From NCBI GenBank assembly GCA_951406725.2, contig OX597815.1, positions 39,122,001 through 39,186,000 of the forward strand: DNA of 64,000 bases, given 5' to 3'. This document shows positions 11,050 through 25,079 of this stretch, in pieces. Below the pieces are notes generated by a model, which was given only the letters and a program-made list of their open reading frames with translations, made no database searches and was not told the origin of the DNA. The DNA is from Octopus vulgaris (taxonomy: Eukaryota). The position numbers were made by a program, and so were the translations under genes. Within the stretch, counting starts at the first letter, position 1; every line of letters starts with the position of its first letter.

Positions 11050-12554
11050 CTGTAAGGATAGCAAGCAGCACGACATGCTTCATGCAGGTTACAAACAGAC
11101 AAAACTACGGTGAGGTATGTGTTTGAGAGATGACACGGAAGCACACAAAGAGAAACTAATGCTGGATTCAGAAGTTGGGCATAAGGAGAGAAAAACCCAG
11201 CTATTCTATCAGAATGTTAATATATAAATATATTACTTTGAATTTAATCTATATGAAGTAAGTTAAAAGCTTTGCCTTTGAATAGTAGCAAAACTGAATT
11301 AGATCAATATTACTTCGTGTTTTTTAAATCTGTAATTTCCTCGTTCTAAAAGCCTGAGGAACATAAAATTTTAGGTCTACAATAGATCTACAGGTTTTCA
11401 AAATGACCACTTTACTCACTCTCCAACTACAGGATCAACAAGTACCTTTGAGTTAATTGAAGATGTCCAACTTGTTGATTCAAGGTACTGTGAACATTCA
11501 AAATTACACCTGCATAATGTAAATATTGTTAAATTTTATGTATGTTCTAAATGTAAATTCCAATTCACTAAATAAGAAATTTCAGAAGTTTAATAACTAT
11601 ATTGGTAATATATAATAGTGCTACAGATATAGTAGTGCTACAGATATAGTCGTGGCAGTGAGGTATTCACTAGAAGAAAGAACCTTGTGCTAAAGAAAAA
11701 GTAAAATTGGAGAGGGAAGGGCAAGAGAGAAAGAGCTTTGGCTTTATGTTGTTTCTTTCTATAAGAATAGGGAAGTCAGCAGGGAAATCCCTTAAGCATT
11801 TGACGATTTTTTTTTCTTTATTGCAGAAAAAAATATTTTCTAAATTACAATAACAAACAATTGTTAAAAAATTATTTAATATTCAGTTAAGAAAATAAAA
11901 TTCTACTTTTAAAGCAAAGCAAATTCTATTAGATGAATAGACACATATACTAAAGTGCAAAATAAAGAGTGAAAGTCTCAGGCAAGACAATAAGCAAAAT
12001 TAAGAGTCAAAACTAATGAACCAGCTTCAGGTTTTAGCTCTAAATGGAATCAAACTTTAGGATGTGTAATAACTGAGTAAAGAAGCATTACTTTATAGAA
12101 AATGTGAGAATACTAACACCAAAATATAGCTAAATATAGTGTTGACTTCAAATATTAACTATTAATGATTAGTGCTATTTGTTTATCAATAATAAATATA
12201 AACTATTTTCTGTTTACATAGTAATCATGATACAAAAGTACTGCGATTAATTTAGTCAATACTATAGTCTAAAATTAATATTGTAAAACCATTATTAAAC
12301 AGTACTCTCCAAGAATTTCATTAATTTGTTTGTTTTTTTTTTTATATAATGGTACTCAACATCAATTATCATAGATGATGATGAATTTGTTGAAGCAAAT
12401 TTTCTGTGACCACATGCCCTTCCTGTCAGCAACCCTCATCTGTTTCTAAGTAAGATAATATTTTCCATGGCCAGACATGTTTTCCATTAGGACTAGAAAT
12501 TAACATCACATGTTGCCAAGGAATACACAAACATACAAATACATGTATACATGA

Positions 12555-12690
12555 CAAGCTTCTTTCAGTTTCCATTAACCAAATCCATTCCCAAGACTTT
12601 GGCTAGCCCAGGGTTATAGAAGACACTTGCCGAAGGTGCCACGCAATGGGACTTAACTTGAAACCACATGGTTGAGAAGCAAGCTAGGCA
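12555..12690 (-). mobile_element. tRNA-derived SINE (same family)
   Basis: CTTCTTTCAGTTTCC...AGACACTTGCCGAAGGTGCCACGCAATGGGACT...AAACCACATGGTTG is the reverse complement of the 40182 family. Confidence 0.78.
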
Positions 12691-15064
12691 AAACATTGCC
12701 TTCTGATTGGTTTTCTCCTAGTTTATGTAATATATCTTAACTTGCCTTTTGTTTATATAGGACTGCTGTTTAATATGTTCTTTTCTAATTGAAAAGTGTA
12801 GGATCTGAAGGACATTTGGTTAATATTTCTAACAAGTTCAGGGACCATATTGGGGCCATCCTTCAATAGGTCAAATTGAACTTGGTTGTTATCTAGATCA
12901 GCCCTGATCAGACAAATGTATGATGAAAAGCATTCCAGTCTTGATCATCATGACACTTTCCAGACATCCATTATGGGAGTAGGTGTAATTTGGATGATAT
13001 TTCTAGCAAATGGAGTGATCCTCTAGAAGCTACTTTGTTGAATACCAAAACCAGCTGACATAGTGATATCACTTTACAAGGGGGATAATGCTGTTAAGCA
13101 ATGACATGGAAAGCAAAGCAAGAGATACTCTTGTTTGTAAGAAAACAACTCTGTCACTTCCCTTACATAAATACCTATTTCATTCAGGTAGCATGATATG
13201 TGAATTACATAAATCTCATAATTTCGCTGAAGTGGTTGGTGCAAGCAGCAGTGAGAGAGATAACTTATTTCAGGAAAATGATGAAAGGAATGATGAGTGT
13301 TTCAATTACTTATAATGATATACTTACATAAGCTCTGATTCAAGTATTTTTAGGAAATCCTTGGTGAGTACTACTTTTAATTGATTTTAGAATATTTTCC
13401 CCAATGAACGTGAACATATGGCCAAACTGACCATACTGCTTATGCATCATGATAGCAACCTTAATCCCTTTTCTTTTTTCTGTGAGAAATATTCTTTTTA
13501 TTACGTGCAAGTACTTTTTAGCTATTAGGAGTAAGCGTACGTAAAATGTTAAGCAAGCTGACATAGTTAGGCAACAGGTCAATTCAAGACCAAACGGGAA
13601 GAGAAGAAAGGTTTGGGACAGGACTACTTGCTAATTCAACTGACATAAATATCAGTTGACTCATAGATAATTTGTTCTTTTTGATATAAAGTTGAAAAAT
13701 TTGCAAAGTTAAAGAGAAAAATGCTTCAGAACTATAAAGTCCAGATTAAAGATGAGCAAACATTCTCTTGAGATATTATATCAACAATAAAAAGTATATT
13801 AATCACATTCAAAGAGTTATTTTAAATTTGATTAATTTTTATGCCAAAATGTTATGGAGTGCTCAGATTAGAGGAGAAAGAAAATAAGAGAAAAGAAAAA
13901 ATGGTTTCATTTTACATGCAGGCCACAAAGGAAATTGTAGGAATATAAACACATTAAGGTTATATATAGGCAGAAGACATAATTCACAGACGACATGGAA
14001 GAATAGATATAAAACGAAAGACAACACTGAACATGCTATCCTTACAGAGCCATGCCAAAAAAGGGGGCATCAAGTTATTTAAATATACAAAGTATGCAGA
14101 CATAATTTATTCAAAGATAATAAACTGATAAACGTGTACAATATATAAATCAGCTGTACTTTCATCATAAAAGACTTGCCTTCATTTCTCGGAATATTGT
14201 TTGCAAACAAAATTGATCAACTTTCTCTTTGTTCTTTCACATTTACTTAATTTATACTTGATAATAATAATACTAAAAAATAAGAACTCAAGTAACAGTA
14301 TTGATATAACCAAGCAATCTGTGTTAAGTTAAAATTATTCACAAGAATGTCCAAACAATATTCAACAGAACAACAGCTTATTGAAATATGTTATTAATGA
14401 AATGAAAAAGAGCTTGCATTTTTTTAAAATACTTCATAATGGCTCTGTGGGTGAAACGGAATATAAGAAATGGAACATTCATCCATAATAGGTACCCACA
14501 TGTAAATTTAAATAACAGATGTTCTGACAGTAGAACAACTTTTCTTGGCACTAACCACTAAAATTAAGTGGGAATTGGTATGCACTTTCCATTTAGTTCC
14601 ATTGAAGTAGTTAGTGTAATGCACATTGGCTCAAATATTTAATATATTTGTGTTCAGTAAACAGTCAATAAATGATATATGCTACTATTATTTTTTTAAA
14701 GCATAAATAAGCTGAAGGCTTTGCAGCAGCATATGTGTGTGTGTGTGTGCATACACACACAATTGAGTATATGAAGTAATAAATTCGAAAACAACAAAAA
14801 AAAAAACATGTATCAAAACTTATTAGGAAAGCTAAATGAATACAGATAAAATTCTAATTAATTAAATTGTGAATTATTGTTTGAAACAAATTAATCACAA
14901 ATAATACTGTTATTAAGTATATATTAAAAGGAATATAAACAGTTTCAGTAAAAATGTTAACAAAAAAAACAAAAGCACATTAGAGAATTAGAACAATTTA
15001 AATTAAGTAGTATGTAGAAATATATAAACACTTAGCATTTAATTGCTTATATAATCTCACAAAC

Positions 15065-15165
15065 CTGTCATCTGTTGGCTGATCTAGGGGTGCAGTCACT
15101 GTAAACTCAGCAGTGACATTTCCTGATGAGACACTGCTTGGAGTTTGCTGGGAGTCTGGCTTATT
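15065..15165 (-). CDS. PPP1R12A: MYPT exon (NKPDSQQTPSSVSSGNVTAEFTVTAPLDQPTDD)
   Basis: tttAG|AATAAG...TGACAG|GTTTGT; 101 nt, phase 0->2. Confidence 0.85.
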
Positions 15166-15661
15166 CTAAATAAAATACAAACGAATATTTCAAGAAAATT
15201 TATAGAAAGCCAGCTTAATCACAACCAAAAGGTTGAAACTAAATGAGCAAAATGCCTTTCTCCCACTACACATCAAATGAAATAAAATTATACAAATATT
15301 AATTATAAAAATGGTAGGATGATCAAAATGAGTTCACAACCAAACAAGTGGTTAAATTCCATTTTTAAGCAAAGATAAATCAGTTAGTAGTATCTGACAA
15401 AAATGTCTAACTACAAAAGAATCTAATAATTGTGCAATTCAAAAGGAAAATCACAAAAATTTAGTCTGGGACACTCACAGGGAAGAAGTTTCAAAAGGGT
15501 TCATTAACTTAAAACCTATTCTGCAATATCTATGGAACAGAATGCTTGCTTTCCATTTCTTGTTAAATGGACAAGCTTAACATTTTTTTTAAAATAAGTT
15601 ATAGTTGGAAAATAAATGGGCTAACTGCTTCCCAATAAGCAATAAACTGATGCACACTCAC

Positions 15662-15877
15662 AATAGAATCATCATCACATGCAAGTCGAGGAGTGGAAGC
15701 TGAGCGAGGAATAACATCAGCATCATGTTCATTAGTCTCATTAGGAACCGTACTAGTACTGCCAAATTTACGTAATTCTGGTTTCGTGGATTGGACTGTG
15801 GAGGTCTTGCTTTGGGATCCAATGACAGAGGGAGTGCTTGCCAGGGAAGGTTGTGTACCACTTGGTGAAGAAGGCAC
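15662..15877 (-). CDS. PPP1R12A: MYPT exon with S445-like (LRKFGS) and S472/473-like (RSASTPRL) sites
   Basis: tttttAG|GTGCCT...TCTATT|GTGAGT; 216 nt, phase 0->0; motifs match MYPT1 LRKTGS and RSASSPRL. Confidence 0.93.
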
Positions 15878-18800
15878 CTAAAAATCATTCAATGGATTAC
15901 AGGTAAAGGAGATGCAACTTTAAGACAGGAAGGAATGGTGGAAAAGCAATGGGCAGTGTGTAAAACTAAAAGGCATGCTGCAAAATGGCATAGATGCTTT
16001 CACAAATATTCAATGTTATCTGAGAAAGTAAAAATATATCCAGCAAAATACAAATAAATTTACAATCCAAAAAACAATATTCCAGAAGAAAAAAAATGAA
16101 AACTCATCCATAAAGGTGTTTTCATTCAGTAAACATTAAATATATTTAAGCTGCATGGGAAATGAGTAAACTATTTGGTACACATTTTTTTTTTGTTCTT
16201 TGTACCTTTTAATAGTCAAAGAAAGAAAGAATTTATAACTATTTAGCATATACACCAAATTGTATTGGATTTACTATAGGCTGTTCAGAATGTATCTGTC
16301 AAAATGATAAAACATTTATACTATAAATGTTTCTCGGTTTGTATAAAAGCTGCTTTTCTTGAAACAGCTGCACAATTTTTTTTTAGAAAAATTCTAGTGG
16401 TAAGCCTTCATTTTGTTTCCTATAAGACCTCATCAGCTAATTCAATCATTGTGCATGTCTGAACGTGTAAATTGATAAATACCAAGTTACATATCAATTG
16501 TCAGTACAAAATTTTAGAAATACGGAACTCTCAAATGACTTTTCTATTGCAACTGGCTAAAAAAATTTCAGAGAATTATAGGTTTAACATTTTTATAATA
16601 GACCATTGAATGATGTTGCCAAAGTGAGACAATAAAGAGAAAAACCCATTGCTCAGCCTGCTTCAAATAGCACAGCCAAATTCCCATAAAATAATACCAT
16701 TTTAAAACAGGCTATGGTGTACTTTGTATACATAATGTATATTCTATACACTGGATAATATATAGGGTGGCATTATCTAATTGAAATAGACAGTTTCCTT
16801 TGCAAGTATTCTGATTTACTTCAAAACACTTGTTTGTTGTTTCAAATTTATTTTAATTTGATTTAAGTTATTTCAGTTTACACATGAAAAGGTGAACTGG
16901 GGCAACTAATGGATATAATATAAAAAAGATTTGATGTCCAAATCTAAGAGTGGGTAATGCAATAGCTTAGCCATTTAGGCTCTAAGATTATATACTGGGT
17001 TTAAATGGTTAAAAAGCCATGATTTGCCAATAAAATATTTTCATGGTTCAACATTTACAGTGGGTGTGTATATACCCCTAAACTTATTTGTACTACCAAC
17101 TCAAAATAACCAAGCATCATGATTCAAAAATAAAGTTGGGATCAATATAAACAGAAGCTACAATATGAATCCTCAATTCTCTTTTATCATCTTTCCTTGC
17201 TAGTTCCTAACCATGTTTCTAGTGAACATGAAGTTATGTATTATAACTTTAATGGTCAACATGTGTTTCCTGTGGAATCAATAATATACAGGAATTGTGG
17301 TTGCATATTTTGTAGGAGCCTATATGACCTTATGACAATTATACATTTCTTAAGTGAAAAAGTGTCTATTTTCAGATAAGTTTTCATAGTCAGATTTGTC
17401 CTGCTTAGTCAAAAACTTAAAGCTAATCTTAACCCCTGTGATTGAAGTAAAAATATATTTTTAAAAAAAAGCATCAAAAGAGAAAAAGTTTTGCTATATG
17501 AAGCTGAGGAAAAAACTATGTATTGACTTTTCTTATTAATACACAGTATAAATGAAATAATGAAGTGTTACTTTAAAGCTAATTAAACACAAACAAATAA
17601 ATCCCTTTATTATAAATTGGAGATAAAATCCAATAACTTATACATTCAGAAACAAAATAAATACAACTTGATTTTTTTAATGAATAATTTACAGGACTAG
17701 AAATGCATGGATATACAGACATGAAAGGAGCTGGTGATATTTAAGCAAAATGTATTTGTGATTAGTCACATTTGCAATACACGATTTACACAGCTAATAA
17801 AGTTTAAGCTTGAGAAAATATTGTACATTGAAATTATAATGAAGCAAATTTCAGCTATATGGTTTCAAGCTCAAGCAGAAGACAATTTTTATGGATGTGG
17901 TACACAATGCAAAATCTTTATCTAACAAATGACTTTAATAGCATGAGACTAACGTTTATCCTTCCATTTTATGGAGTCGAGAGAACAACAAATAGATACA
18001 AAGATATTTTTCCAATAGGAAACTGTGAGAAGCCAATATTTTATATGTTAAAAGAAACTGAAATCAATGTGTAGATGTACATTTGTGTACAAGCATCTTG
18101 GAAGAGCATAAGAGCGTGAATTTATCATGAGATATTAATGATAAACACATGGCTAAACATATCCAAAGATATACAGAAACCAGTAAGAAACTTTCTGGAA
18201 ACATACTGAAATTGGGATGGAAATAAGGCAGAGAGATAATCAAGGCACTATCTAGTGGGGAAACAGTTGTTCTCTATTCACTACATGGACAAACCTCTAG
18301 AATCTTCTAGATATTGCTCATGTTATTTTCACATCCTTTCTTCAATATTGAGCTAAAATTCATTAAAGTTCATATCTATAGATGGATTAAAATCTAGTTA
18401 TACTATTTTATAGGTTTTGTATTAAATCTTACAGAGTTAAAAATTTATTTTGGAAGAGTGTGAGTCAAATTATCAATTATCAATGTAAAATATTTTTTTT
18501 AGAAGCAAAGACTTTAATGTAATCAAAATACATATTTTTAATTTTCCATTTAACATTTATAGCTGCAGAATTGGTGCGAAGTAAAAATATGTAAAGAATG
18601 TTTGAAGAATGATTACATTATTCTGAAGAGCATTTTAAGAAGAGAAAATGCCAATAACAAAAAGAAAAAAAAAATACATGCAATTGTGAAAAATTTTTTA
18701 AAGATCTGATTCAAGAAGGTGCAATTTTTAACATTAATTTCACTGGTGATCATGAATTTGAGTTATTATTAGTAGATATTTTAGATAACTAATCAGATAA

Positions 18801-19356
18801 GGGATAAGACAAACAATAATAGACACAGAAAATGAAGTTAGGTTCTGATATAATCAGTGGATATTATTTTACTATCTATTTAGACAAAAATTAAAGACAA
18901 GATAGGAAACAGTTAGATAAACTATGAAGAGGGCCATTATTTTCATCTAAATTCTATAGTTTACTCTAGGGGTTTAAACAGTTTTAAAAATGGAATTTTA
19001 TTAGCACTACATGTGATTAATGTAGAGGAAATAATGGAGGAAAAAAATATTTTCTCCATAGCAGTATTACAAAACACATTGCAATATCAAATATAATTTT
19101 GTAAATTGTTAGATTTTGGCTATCATTTGGAGATAAATCAAAACAATTAGTAAAGCAGATTTCAGAAAGAAAACTTGATACAACTTTAAGCATAATTTTT
19201 TTCCTGAATTGTTACCACAGTTAAAATCCATGCAAGCTCAAAATGTACACGGAAGCAAAATGTTCATGTTCCAACCATCACCAGTTTAGTATAAAGGCAC
19301 AGCAACAGCGGACATAAAACTCGATTCAGCTGCTTGGGTTTGAGTGAAATACTCAC

Positions 19357-19533
19357 ATCCATTTCATCAAATTGAACCTCTGTTTCATCGGTAGGTAGAG
19401 TGAATGTGACATTATCATTAATATACTCAGAGTCAGGATTTGTCTCAGAGACATGTTCTTCAAATACATCATCATATAAGAATTCAGTCTGAGAATTTGT
19501 TGTGTCAGAAGCTAGAGCTGCATTATCTTCCTC
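19357..19533 (-). CDS. PPP1R12A: Probable alternative acidic cassette exon (EEDNAALASDTTNSQTEFLYDDVFEEHVSETNPDSEYINDNVTFTLPTDETEVQFDEMD)
   Basis: Open acidic frame, strong donor GAT|GTGAGT, weak tandem acceptor GGGAAG|GAG; 177 nt, symmetric phase 0->0. Confidence 0.7.
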
Positions 19534-20997
19534 CTTCCCACGCCAAGCAAAAAGCCAAAGAAGAGGGAATATCAATCAAAGACTTTTTTTCATTTTTTTT
19601 TAAATTTTATTTTTTAGAAAGAAAAATATTGAAGAATCCACACAGAAAAACAGAATGGTACCCACAGAGAAATAAAACTAGCTATGGCAAAAAGTATAAA
19701 GCTACTCAATAAAAACTTGCAGACAAGCAAGTAAAATAATTAACCATTACAATTTTGAGAAAATGGATGCAAATGGTAGTTACTTGAAAATAAATTTAGA
19801 TTTATGTATGATATGCAGGTTGAAAAACTTACTTTTAAATTAGACAGTAGAAAGCTTAAGGAATTTTTTTTTACAGAAAAATATCCTCAGTATAATACAC
19901 AGAAATGTTCTAAATTACAAAACAGGTTCAATTTAAATCCAGCTTTGTAATATTTAAAAAAACAATTCTAAACTTCAAAAAAAAGGAAAAAGAAAAAAAA
20001 AAGTACTGCTGAGAAGTTGACCATCCATAATACAAAATCATCTATCTGATATTTCGGTTTCAGTTCAAGAATATACTACATTAATTGAAAATAATGAAAG
20101 ATCAGGAAGCAAAACTAAAATCCCAGGGAAAATATGAAATGTATGTTAAAATATTTTCAGAACAAAAACTTGATTGCTGAACTGATACTATAAATCTGAC
20201 TGATACTTAAAAAGCAAGACAACTACATCAGCTATTACTCTATAAAGTATACTGCTTTGTTTAGTAAGAAATTTCAGGGAACTATTCCATGAAATGAAAA
20301 CAAAAGAAAGCACAATATCTAAGGAAATTAAAGGGATTTTTTTTGGTATTAAACCCAGTATGCTGCATGTTGAAATGGTAAATCAGATTTTCTACCAAAA
20401 TATGAAATGTATCTCGAAGACTGTTAAAATATCAAAGAACTTAAAAAATAAAAGAGAAACTTGAGTAACAGTTTCAGAGATGGTTTAAGAAATGTGACTA
20501 ATTTAATATACTTCTAATAAACTCATTTACCCTAATTTGATACCTGGATGTACTATATATATTCAATGAAAAAGTGACTTCTGAACTACAAATAGACTTG
20601 TATTTCTATGAATTTGATATTATAGGACAAAAAATTTAAGTGAAACAATGTCTGATTAGTAATACAGGAACAAGGACTCAATACACAATAAGGAAGCTGC
20701 ATACTCATCAAGAGAAGGTATATACCAATACCTGCACTTATTTGTATTCTGAGTAACAAGTTCTAACATTAGCACAAGGCCATACATTTTATGGGAAGAA
20801 TACAGTCAATACACCCCAGTACAGGACTGGTAAAATATCTTAGCAACCATGGAAATATGAAGAGTATGTTAACCTCTACCAAAGTTGAACTCTGTAAATA
20901 CTATACTGCATTTTGTCCAGTGTTCTAAGACTTCTACCAATAATATATTTTCGCTATCAATTCTAAAATTCATTCCATTATTGTGCAACAAAAATAA

Positions 20998-21025
20998 TAT
21001 ATATATCTATATATATATATATCTA

Positions 21026-21074
<49 letters not shown>
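20998..21074. repeat. (TA)n microsatellite
   Basis: Directly visible. Confidence 0.95.
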
Positions 21075-21077
<3 letters not shown>

Positions 21078-21169
21078 GACAGTATACTTTAAAAATAGAA
21101 GAAAAAGAAAAATATTAAAAGCAAATGCCTGGAGGTGTGTGTGTGTGTATACATATTGTGGAAACTTAC

Positions 21170-21213
21170 CGTATGGGGGATGGATGTGTTCTTGTTAATT
21201 AGATTCTGACGTT
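21170..21213 (-). CDS. PPP1R12A: MYPT small exon (ERQNLINKNTSIPHT)
   Basis: Poly-T tract, ttAG|AACGTC...CATACG|GTAAGT; 44 nt, phase 1->0, restores the frame to the next exons. Confidence 0.85.
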
Positions 21214-22718
21214 CTAATAACAAAAAAAAAAAAAATACATGTTTAAGACATGAAACAGTCTCAATCTAACAACTTGAAAAACAAAAAATATAAACACAAA
21301 CATTTATTTAGTGTAAAATTTTAGATTAACTGGAGAAGTATTTTATTTCCACCAGGAGAGAGAATATTGCTCCAGTTCATGAGTGCACAGCAGACAGAAG
21401 TATTATTCCTAACTAACCAACAAAAATTTTTCCTTTTTATAAATTAATGATGCCATTTATGTGAGATATGTGAAATTTTATAATTAAAGTTTACGAGGAC
21501 AATGTACCTTTTATCTACTTTTAATATTGCTTTCAATATGTTAATAAGGATTTTTTTTCAACAACACTTGCAAACCATCCAAGACTGAATGAGCAATAAA
21601 GAGGATTTGATTGATTGGTAAACATTCAATCACTAAAAGGCTTCAGCCATTTATTATTATTATTGTACTAAAGTAGCCTCTGCCCTTCTCATTCCACTCA
21701 GATTTCCATTACTCTGCACTGTATACATGCCTTGATCATTTCTCCTCAGAACTACAAATTTGTAAAGTATTCTCTTAACCCATATTTTCCCCAACAATCA
21801 CCACCATGAAGTTGTCCAAGATGAACACCTACCACATCAATTTCACCAGTCTGGGAGGGTCTACAAAAGTCACAAGTACTGACTTTTCCTACCTGACTAT
21901 ATAACCATAATCTTTCATTTAAGTCATTGGACTGCACCCATGCCAGAGCACTACTTCAAAGGGCTCGGTCCAACAAATTGTCCCTAGTACTTATTTTCAA
22001 GTCTGTTAATTATTCTATTGGTCTGTTTCTGCCAAAGTTATGGGAATGTAAACAAACGAACACCAGCTGTCAGGAAGGGGAACCACATACACACATGCAT
22101 GATGGGCTTTCAGTTTCCTTTCCACCAAATTCAATCACAAGGTACTCTGGTCAGACCAGGACTATAGTACAAGACACTTGCAACCTTCTGGATCACACAG
22201 TCATAAGTGTAAAGCCACTAACCTATTACAAAAGGTAATTTTCTACATGTGAACAATGGCTTTTAATGTATGAACACTCACCTTCAACTATTTCCATTCT
22301 ACCCACTGTATTTGCCACCATCTCAGAGACCCACCATTATTTTCTTAGCACCAAATACTTGTTGCTTTTGTTCTGTCACTGAGTATCTGTGCTTTCCTAG
22401 CTGGTTAAACCACACTATACAGTATTGACTGTTTGGCCTTCCTCTGCTCCCACCAGCACTCTGGACCCTCATCATCTTCTTTCCTTTCCCTGGTATTCAG
22501 TCGATCAAGTTTAATTTTTCACTCCTCACCCACTACATATATTTAATCGCTCTGTCAAAGGACCATAGTTCAAAATGCCATGGTTTTATGTTCTTCACTG
22601 TTACTAAACTTACTGATACCTACAAAGTCTTGAATTTATTTTTTACTCAATAAAATATCTGAAACTAGAAGGCTCTGTTAATTAGATTCAAAACAATGAA
22701 AATAAGTTGCAAACATAC

Positions 22719-22879
22719 CTGTCTCTGACTCAGAACTGGAGTCATCATTTGTTGAACTTGAACTACTCTTTTTGGCTTCCTCATCTTTTCTGTAGTTGTT
22801 AAGTTGTGCCTTTTCTTGTTCTAATGTTTGTAGGACAACATTGTGCTTTTGATCTCCACTCATTCGTGTAACAGATGTT
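22719..22879 (-). CDS. PPP1R12A: MYPT exon (RTSVTRMSGDQKHNVVLQTLEQEKAQLNNYRKDEEAKKSSSSSTNDDSSSESET)
   Basis: acAG|AACATC...GAGACAG|GTATG; 161 nt, phase 2->1; LEQEK and an acidic/Ser tract like MYPT1 SLEQEK...SESEAET. Confidence 0.92.
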
Positions 22880-23269
22880 CTGTTTTGTAAATGAAAAATT
22901 TTTTTAATGCTTATTCACAAACAATGAAAAGAAAAAAAAAATTTCCCAACATTCAAGGGGGATAATTTCTATATTTTACATAGTTGTTTCTTGCTTATGA
23001 AATCAAATTGAAATACTAGCAGTGCAAAATCATTAACAGCCACCTCAAATTCTAGTAGCACACATAGAATAAAATGCAATCTCCAGACCTATCAACATGT
23101 TGTTGAAAGGGCAGCTGCTGAACAACAATCTTTTTTTCTGCATGGAATAAAAGATTGTACAGCAGCAGACCTTGCCACATCAATCTCACAGATTGATGTA
23201 GCATACACAAGACCATCACAGCAGATAGATCCAAGGTGGGCACCACTGGCAACAACACACACATCACAT

Positions 23270-23570
23270 CGGTGCTCTTACTGAACATCAGAGGACTGTT
23301 AACACTTAGTAACAGGACAAAAAATCCCTTCTTGAGACATTGTTGCATGCAATCAAACCTTATGCATAGCACTTATGGAAACACACCTAAAACCAGATAT
23401 AGCAAATGCAGAAATACACTTACAACAGTATGTTGTATTACGGACCAATAGGAAAGAAAGGAGTCATGGTGGAGTTGCTTTGTTCAACTGCAAAGACCTC
23501 ACACACCATGTCCTTTTGTCACACTCAAATTCAGTATGTGACACACTAATTGTACACTATAAGACAGTTC
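23270..23570 (+). mobile_element. LINE AP-endonuclease fragment (CR1/L2-like)
   Basis: LLNIRGL, ETHL and LRTNRKERSHGGVALF across a frameshift. Confidence 0.75.
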
Positions 23571-23632
23571 AGTGTAGTTATATGTGTGTATATATGTGTA
23601 TATATATGTGTATGTATGTAACATATATATAT

Positions 23633-23664
<32 letters not shown>

Positions 23665-24019
23665 TACATACATACATACATAGATATTCACACATACTCA
23701 GACAGGAACACATTCTCAATTATACATATATGCATGCACATTCTATAGAAATGATAACACCCTGGTCCAAAATAGGTCATTTAATAATTGAAGATCACCA
23801 TAATTGATTAACATGCAATGTTAGATATATGTGTTTTCAATGACCTAATCACGAGTTCTAATTTCCATGATGGGAGTGACAAGGGAGTGCCGATATAACT
23901 GGGTGAAGAAAATCCATTACAACAGGTTATTTTGAAAAAGCATTGATTTTCAATTTTCTTGCTGATGTTAACATCCAACATACATCATTAAAACATAGGC
24001 AAGCACTTGACATACTTCC

Positions 24020-24430
24020 ACAGTTGTGGAAGAAGGAAACCCAGGAAGACATAGGATGAATTCACATCCATGTACCTTGGGAGTGTGCCTTGGCACGTTG
24101 CCACCATCTCTCATACTCTCTCTCTTCTTCCAACTAGAGTACCCACCTCTTTCTGTCCCTGTATCATAGCTTAACCACTCATCACCAGGCACAAAGCAAC
24201 CTCTTTTGATACCATTGGCTTTCTCAGTTGAAGGATTCTTGTCTTGCAAGCTATATGGTGACTTCACTTGTGCCAGGTAAAACCTATCCAGTCCACTCTG
24301 TAAAGTAGCTGGCATTAGGAAGGGCATCTAGCAATAAAAATCAGGCCAAAACAGACAGTGGAGCTTGACACACTCCCCAGACCTACTAGCTGCATTCAAA
24401 CCATCCAAAGACCAACAGTAAATGATGATA
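24020..24430 (+). mobile_element. Decayed RTE LINE 3' fragment
   Basis: GGAAGAAGGAAACCCAGGAAGACA (GRRKPRKT), GGCATTAGGAAGGGCATCTAGC block and GATGAT tail. Confidence 0.62.
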
Positions 24431-24489
24431 ACATTTTATTGGTCACCTTTTTGCGTAAATGAATTTCAAGGACAAAAATCAACACACAT

Positions 24490-24640
24490 ACACTGAGTTT
24501 CCATCTACCAAATTCATTCAGAAACATTAATCAGTACAGAGCTAAGTAGATGCTTGTTAAAGGGTGCCACATAGTGGAGCTGAACCCATTACCACATAGT
24601 TGCTAAGCAATCATTTCAACTACACAAGAATGCTTGTCTG
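24490..24640 (-). mobile_element. tRNA-derived SINE (same family, decayed)
   Basis: GTTTCCATCTACCAAATTCA...GGTGCCAC...CTGAACCC..ACCACATAGTTG. Confidence 0.68.
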
Positions 24641-25014
24641 TCCAATTTTTAATCATTATTTAAGAAAATTTAACAAGACTTTGTTTTTGCCAAATTTTTA
24701 TAAACTAAGTTTTGCCCAGAAGGACAAACAAGTTGTAGATAATACTGAATACAGACATTGGCACAAGGCTACAAATGTTGGGGGAATGGGATCAATTTCA
24801 GCATTCAACAGCTACTTTGTTTATTAAATCCTGAAGGGTGACAGCGAGAGTTCATTGATATGATTTGCCAAAAAGAATGTATAATACTTGAAAAAAATCT
24901 ACAAACCACATAAGTAAACCATTTTTAGAGACTTTTTTTTTAACAATGTTTAAATTATATTAAGAAAATATAGTAAAAACGTTCATATTGTATATGAATC
25001 AATAATTAACTAAC

Positions 25015-25079
25015 CTTCGTTTCGGAGGAATTCCTCTAGCAACAATAATATCTTTGTGTACGGGTGTTTTATCTCTAAG
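25015..25079 (-). CDS. PPP1R12A: MYPT exon (LRDKTPVHKDIIVARGIPPKR)
   Basis: Long polypyrimidine tract, ctAG|CTTAGA...CGAAG|GTTAG; 65 nt, phase 0->2, required to join the flanking exons in frame. Confidence 0.88.

Noticed and set aside
13325-13525. Possible extra exon or internal first exon ending TTAT|GTAAGTA
   Set aside because: The compatible frame is closed by a TAA about 20 codons upstream and I found no phase-compatible acceptor
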